Source: Campylobacterota bacterium
GTDB lineage: Bacteria > Campylobacterota > Campylobacteria > Campylobacterales > Sulfurimonadaceae
Reading direction: 5' to 3'
DNA length: 21,761 nucleotides
Assembly: GCA_034717975.1 (NCBI GenBank)
Contig: JAYEMF010000025.1
Span: 1-21,761, forward strand
The notes beneath the pieces were generated by a model, which saw only the letters and a program-made list of their open reading frames with translations, did not search any database and had not been told where the DNA came from. The stretch's first letter is position 1. Every line of letters starts with the position of its first letter. Below are positions 18,801-21,761 of the stretch, piece by piece. Made by a program: the position numbers and the translations under genes.

Positions 18801-18980
18801 TTTGCACTGCTCTCATTCTCATCGATTTTGATGACCTATTTTGGGGTAAACTACTATCTGGCTGGAATGCACTCCTATGCCAAAGGCGATCCGGTACCGG
18901 TTCCTGATTTTGTACCGATCACTTATGGAATCATCTTTGTTATTATCGCATTGGCGTGGAGAAAACGCAAGCTGGCGTAA
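15870..18980 (+). CDS. ccsBA: System II cytochrome c synthase, fused CcsB(ResB)-CcsA(ResC)
   Basis: N-terminal ATFIENDFG...IYNARWF; conserved His in LLFHVSF, LSIHVS, LVHLRF, GMHSYA; WWD motif WANESWGRYWGWDPKETW. Confidence 0.95.
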   Translation: MKKILSVLMSMQTMVVMLLLLGVASGYATFIENDFGTMTAKAEIYNARWFELLLAFLTANLIYNIIRFKMIQRKKALVLLFHVSFIVIMLGAAVTRYVGFEGTMHIREGATKSEMTSTDNYLMFEFIADNQHLSYEEGVIFSNLTKPTFDKQIEVNGKSVEITMIDYIPNSAYQMVEDPNGKPMANMMVTGASGAERIQLSQGEFFEAVDLVLDFESGQTFSKPVVSMFVEDGKLFMDHPMDLKYLKMDDQTDGLLSVNEKELFVNRTLFTAGSTNFVLREFYEKASQKLVSNPGRKSTSPDAIKYMFTIDGENKESIVFGSAGRIGKKSEVRVGGMTIRASYGAKILKLPFALKLEDFELERYPGSMSPASYASDVVLIDKDENINMPYRIYMNHVLDHKGYRFFQSSYDQDERGTVLSVNNDPGTPITYVGYLMLVLGMFGSLFTSGGRFRKLTKIANDAAHSKEALASLMLMAGLLFAAAPEAAAEVNPIIKEVKAFDKAHAEKFGQLVIQDSSGRMKPMDTLSTEIMHKLNRSGKILGLSANQAVLGMMMRPDAWREIKLIKTSDKKVNKLIGIGEKEKTAAFSQFFEYPDEVGGYKLGTYVEEASRKRPADRDKFDKAVLKVDERVNVAYMVYTGDLMRMWPKSDDPGNKWFATVQALQTFDPQSSEAIRQIAVEYFTAVDHGVKEGDWRDADLAMDKIAAYQKEHGAAVYVEQGRIKAEIWYNHADIFERLWPLYFLVGFVLLFLSFLKILKPKFKLDIFSKVTLWLLILFFLAHTVGLGLRWYISGHAPWSNGYESMIYIAWASVLAGFIFSKNSPITLAATGILTGLILFVAHLNWMDPQVTNLVPVLASYWLSIHVSVITGSYGFLGLSALLGFIVLILFVIKGENNEKHISLSIKELNSINEMSLMIGLAMLTVGNFLGGVWANESWGRYWGWDPKETWTLVSITIYAALVHLRFIKSFYSPFLFATFALLSFSSILMTYFGVNYYLAGMHSYAKGDPVPVPDFVPITYGIIFVIIALAWRKRKLA

Positions 18981-18990
18981 AAGCACTCTT

Positions 18991-19022
18991 AAAGAGGAGT
19001 GATAAGCAGCTCCTCTTTTTTT
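18991..19022 (+). terminator. Rho-independent terminator of ccsBA
   Basis: AAAGAGGAGT-loop-GCTCCTCTTT followed by a T tract, starting 10 nt after the stop. Confidence 0.8.
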
Positions 19023-19188
19023 CTCAATAGACCCTCTTAATCAAACCTCACTGTACTTCTGAAAATTATTAATTTTAGAAAGATTTAACTATGTACAACG
19101 TCATTATAGAACGTCAATGTAGCTGTTTTAAACGAAGCGGAGCAGAATATGTCAAATCATTTGACAATAAAGATGATGCACTGATGGT

Positions 19189-19331
19189 CACGGTAGTTCA
19201 AGTTTAAGTTATATTTTACTTTCGTCATTCCTGCGAAGGCAGGAATCTACAATTGTTATGGTTAAGATTCCTGCCTTCGCAGGAATGACGGGGTTAAAGA
19301 CTAAACTGAATATTAAACTTGAACTACCGTG
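19189..19331. mobile_element. 143-bp non-autonomous miniature inverted-repeat element (MITE)
   Basis: Perfect 19-bp TIRs CACGGTAGTTCAAGTTTAA (19189-19207) / TTAAACTTGAACTACCGTG (19313-19331), flanked by the 9-bp direct repeat ACTGATGGT (19180-19188 and 19332-19340). Alternative parsing: 21-bp TIR with 5-bp TGATG duplication. Confidence 0.88.
19223..19290. repeat. Inverted doublet of dRS3/REP-like palindromes (REPIN-like) inside the MITE
   Basis: CGTCATTCCTGCGAAGGCAGGAATCT (19223-19248) and its exact 26-bp reverse complement (19265-19290), 16-nt spacer. Each arm is itself a hairpin, ATTCCTGC-N4-GCAGGAAT. Confidence 0.85.
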
Positions 19332-19446
19332 ACTGATGGTAGCTAACAGCTGGTAAAATGATATGAATGAGAGATACTGTCAGAAAACACCGTTCAGTGT
19401 TGTTGAACAGGAAGATTATTTTATAACTGTTATGGGGATGAATGGC

Positions 19447-19470
19447 TAAAGTGCAGCGTACTGCACTTTA
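19447..19470. terminator. Bidirectional terminator between the pseudogene and dnaJ
   Basis: Perfect 10-bp stem TAAAGTGCAG-CGTA-CTGCACTTTA between convergent stop codons. Confidence 0.75.
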
Positions 19471-19472
19471 AA

Positions 19473-20606
19473 TTATTTAAACCAGCTTTTGACCTGATCA
19501 AAAGCCGACTCAAAAACACTCTCATGCGGTTTTGATTCTATACCAAAGGTATCCTGGAGCTTTGAAAGAAGCTCACGCTGTTCATCAGAAAGTTTTTTCG
19601 GATAGGTGAGTTTGATCTGAGCGATCAGATCGCCTTTTCCGTGGCCGTGCACATCGGCAACACCCTCATTCCTAAAACTATACTGCTGTTTATCTTTTGT
19701 CCCGAGATCGAGATCGAGTTCCAGTTCACCGGTAAGTGACGGAATGCTGATGCTCTCACCAAGAGCTGCCTGGGTAAAGAAGACAGGGACTTCTAGGTAG
19801 ATATCATTGCCATTTCGGACGAAGTGCTCATCTTCTTGAACATAGAAGGTTGCATAGAGATCACCACGCTGACCGCGTTTTCCAATGTTCCCTTTTCCAG
19901 AAACACGGAGGCGGTTTTCCGAGTCAATACCGGCCGGTACTTTGATCGTGACACTCTCTTTCTCTTCCGTATAGCCTTGACCATGACAGTCAGAACATTT
20001 GTCGGCTACCTGTGTACCTTCGCCATGACAGACAGGACAGGTTTGTGAGAAGGTCATAAAGCCCTGGCGCACATAGACCTGGCCTTTACCGCCACACTGT
20101 GAACAGGTGGTTACCTTGCCGCCTTTGGCACCCGTACCTTTACAGGTCCCACACGATTTTTTATAGGTGAAATCAATCTCTTTATCGGTGCCAAAGACCG
20201 CTTCTTTGAAACTGATGTTAAGTTCAATTCCCAAATCGAGCGGATATTTGTCTGTATCCTGACGTGAACGTCGGCTTTGACCACCGCCGCCGAAACCGCC
20301 CCCGCTGAACATCTCTTCAAAGATAGAGCCAAGGTCGTCAAAACCGCCAAAGCCACCGCGGCTTCCGCCACCGCCAGCACCCTGTAGGCCTTCTTTACCG
20401 TAGCGGTCATAGATAGAGCGCTGTTTGTCGTCACTTAGTACCTGATAGGCTTCATTGCAGAGTTTAAACTTGTGCTCGGCTTCCTGATCGTCCGGATTAC
20501 GATCCGGGTGGTATTTCTTCGCCATACTGCGATACGCTTTTTTGATTGTTGCTTTGTCTGCACCTTGCGTAACTTCTAAAATTTCGTAATAGCTGAGTTC
20601 TTCCAA
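19473..20606 (-). CDS. dnaJ: Chaperone DnaJ (class A)
   Basis: J-domain with HPD, G/F-rich region, four CxxCxGxG repeats and C-terminal domain; TTG start with AGGA RBS. Confidence 0.97.
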   Translation of the reverse strand: MEELSYYEILEVTQGADKATIKKAYRSMAKKYHPDRNPDDQEAEHKFKLCNEAYQVLSDDKQRSIYDRYGKEGLQGAGGGGSRGGFGGFDDLGSIFEEMFSGGGFGGGGQSRRSRQDTDKYPLDLGIELNISFKEAVFGTDKEIDFTYKKSCGTCKGTGAKGGKVTTCSQCGGKGQVYVRQGFMTFSQTCPVCHGEGTQVADKCSDCHGQGYTEEKESVTIKVPAGIDSENRLRVSGKGNIGKRGQRGDLYATFYVQEDEHFVRNGNDIYLEVPVFFTQAALGESISIPSLTGELELDLDLGTKDKQQYSFRNEGVADVHGHGKGDLIAQIKLTYPKKLSDEQRELLSKLQDTFGIESKPHESVFESAFDQVKSWFK

Positions 20607-20640
20607 AATTATTCCTGATAATATGTTTAATATTTTTGGA

Positions 20641-20674
20641 ATTATACCGTTTTACAGCCTGAAATCGGCATAAT
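20641..20674. promoter_or_regulatory. Back-to-back promoters for dnaJ (-) and mltA (+)
   Basis: TATAAT on the - strand at 20641-20646; CATAAT on the + strand at 20669-20674, 7 nt before ATG 20682. Confidence 0.45.
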
Positions 20675-20681
20675 AGAGACT

Positions 20682-21761
20682 ATGATTATACGATTTTTAA
20701 TGATTCTTCCTCTTTTCTTTCTTTTTGGTTGCGCTCCAAAACCCATTGTCATCTCTGATAAGCTGCCTGATACCTATGTTATTCCCTCCGAGTATGTGTC
20801 GCTGTCAGGATGGGAGGCAGAAAATTTTGATGAGATGCTGCTGTTTTTTAAACAGAACTGTACGACAAAAAAAGCCCAAAAACTCTATGGTGATCTTTGC
20901 CAAGAAGCAGGGAATGTGAGTGATGCAAAAGCTTTTTTTGAAGCTTCATTGCGACCCTACAAGCTCATCGCCCAGGAAGCTCCTGAAGAGGGTTTGATGA
21001 CAGGATATTATGAACCGCTGCTTCAAGGAAGTCTAAAGCAGAGCAAACGCTATGCCTATCCTGTTTATGCTGTGCCGGATGATCTTGTCACCGTTAAACT
21101 CGATACGATCTATCCTGAGTTAAAAGGTATCAGGCTTCGCGGACGTCTGGAAGGAACTGCTTTGGTTCCCTATAGTTCACGAGAAGCGATGAAAGAGAGT
21201 AACGCTCCTGTGATCTGCTATGTTGATGACAAAATAGCGCTGTTTTTCCTGGAAGTGCAGGGCTCCGGACGTATTGAACTCGATAACAGTGAGACGATCT
21301 TTGTAGGCTTTTCCAACCAAAACGGCCACCCTTATCGCTCTATTGGCAAGTATCTTGTAGCGATAGGCGAGATAGCACAGGAGGAGATCTCGCTTCAGAG
21401 TATTCGAGTATGGTTCGATGAACATCCTGAGAGGGTGGATGAAATTTTAAATCATAACCCAAGCTATGTCTTTTTTCAGGAACGTACACACTCTGCAACA
21501 GGTTCGCTTGGACTGGCATTGACACCTGAGCGTTCTATCGCAGTAGATACTCATTATCTGCCGCTTGGTTCGATGCTCTTTATGCAGAGTCGTGATCCGC
21601 TTACCCTGGAGCCGATTAGAAAGACAGTATTTGCACAAGATACGGGCGGTGCGATCAAAGGTGAGGTCAGAGCAGACCTCTTCTGGGGTTTTGGTGAAGA
21701 AGCTGAACGTAAAGCAGGTAAAATGCAAGAGCCGCTTGAACTTTGGATCTTAATGCCTAAA
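20682..21761 (+). CDS. mltA: Membrane-bound lytic murein transglycosylase A (lipoprotein), stop codon beyond the window edge
   Basis: Absent from the ORF track because there is no stop in the window. Manual translation gives MIIRFLMILPLFFLFGC (lipobox), TGYYEP, FFLEVQGSG, NGHPYRSIG, NPSYVFF, SIAVD, AQDTGGAIKG..RADLFWG (3D domain), ending WILMPK at the edge. Confidence 0.93.
   Translation, partial: MIIRFLMILPLFFLFGCAPKPIVISDKLPDTYVIPSEYVSLSGWEAENFDEMLLFFKQNCTTKKAQKLYGDLCQEAGNVSDAKAFFEASLRPYKLIAQEAPEEGLMTGYYEPLLQGSLKQSKRYAYPVYAVPDDLVTVKLDTIYPELKGIRLRGRLEGTALVPYSSREAMKESNAPVICYVDDKIALFFLEVQGSGRIELDNSETIFVGFSNQNGHPYRSIGKYLVAIGEIAQEEISLQSIRVWFDEHPERVDEILNHNPSYVFFQERTHSATGSLGLALTPERSIAVDTHYLPLGSMLFMQSRDPLTLEPIRKTVFAQDTGGAIKGEVRADLFWGFGEEAERKAGKMQEPLELWILMPK

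Larger units (their letters stand above)
19091..19449 (+). pseudogene. Small (~68-codon) CxC...C protein gene disrupted by a MITE and a nonsense codon
   Basis: Removing 19189-19340 restores one frame: MYNVIIERQCSCFKRSGAEYVKSFDNKDDALMVANSW*NDMNERYCQKTPFSVVEQEDYFITVMGMNG*. The final TAA (19447-19449) runs into a terminator hairpin. Confidence 0.7.

Noticed and set aside
19150..19166. Perfect 8-1-8 palindrome TGTCAAAT-C-ATTTGACA
   Set aside because: Lies inside the reconstructed coding frame of the pseudogene with no promoter context, so there is no independent support for a regulatory role.
20725..21753. Short ORF-track entries at the right end (64, 82, 61, 93, 62 aa)
   Set aside because: All overlap the real mltA frame starting at 20682, which the track missed because its stop lies outside the window.

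Overview
Chromosomal window from a sulfur-oxidising Campylobacterota, probably Sulfurimonas/Sulfuricurvum-like. This is inferred from the fused CcsBA, long FliO, stand-alone dnaJ and HQWRQPL kinase H-box. At the left end is a three-gene periplasmic redox cluster: a Tat-lipoprotein FccB/SoxF-type sulfide dehydrogenase flavoprotein, a Tat-exported atypical Rieske protein and a class II (C-terminal CxxCH) cytochrome c. A densely structured ~230-nt spacer lies between the first two genes. Next come cheX-like/fliN/fliO (- strand), a Cache-HAMP-MCP-CZB chemoreceptor, a TSUP transporter, uvrA, an orphan histidine kinase, an HDOD protein, polA and ccsBA. The ccsBA-dnaJ gap is not empty: it holds a small Cys-motif pseudogene interrupted by a 143-bp MITE (19-bp perfect TIRs, 9-bp target duplication) that carries an inverted pair of dRS3/REP-like palindromes. 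The window ends with dnaJ (-) and a divergent mltA running off the right edge. The best candidates for novelty are the FccB-Rieske-cytochrome module, its structured intergenic RNA and the nested MITE/REP element. No database searches were run; family calls come from motif recognition.
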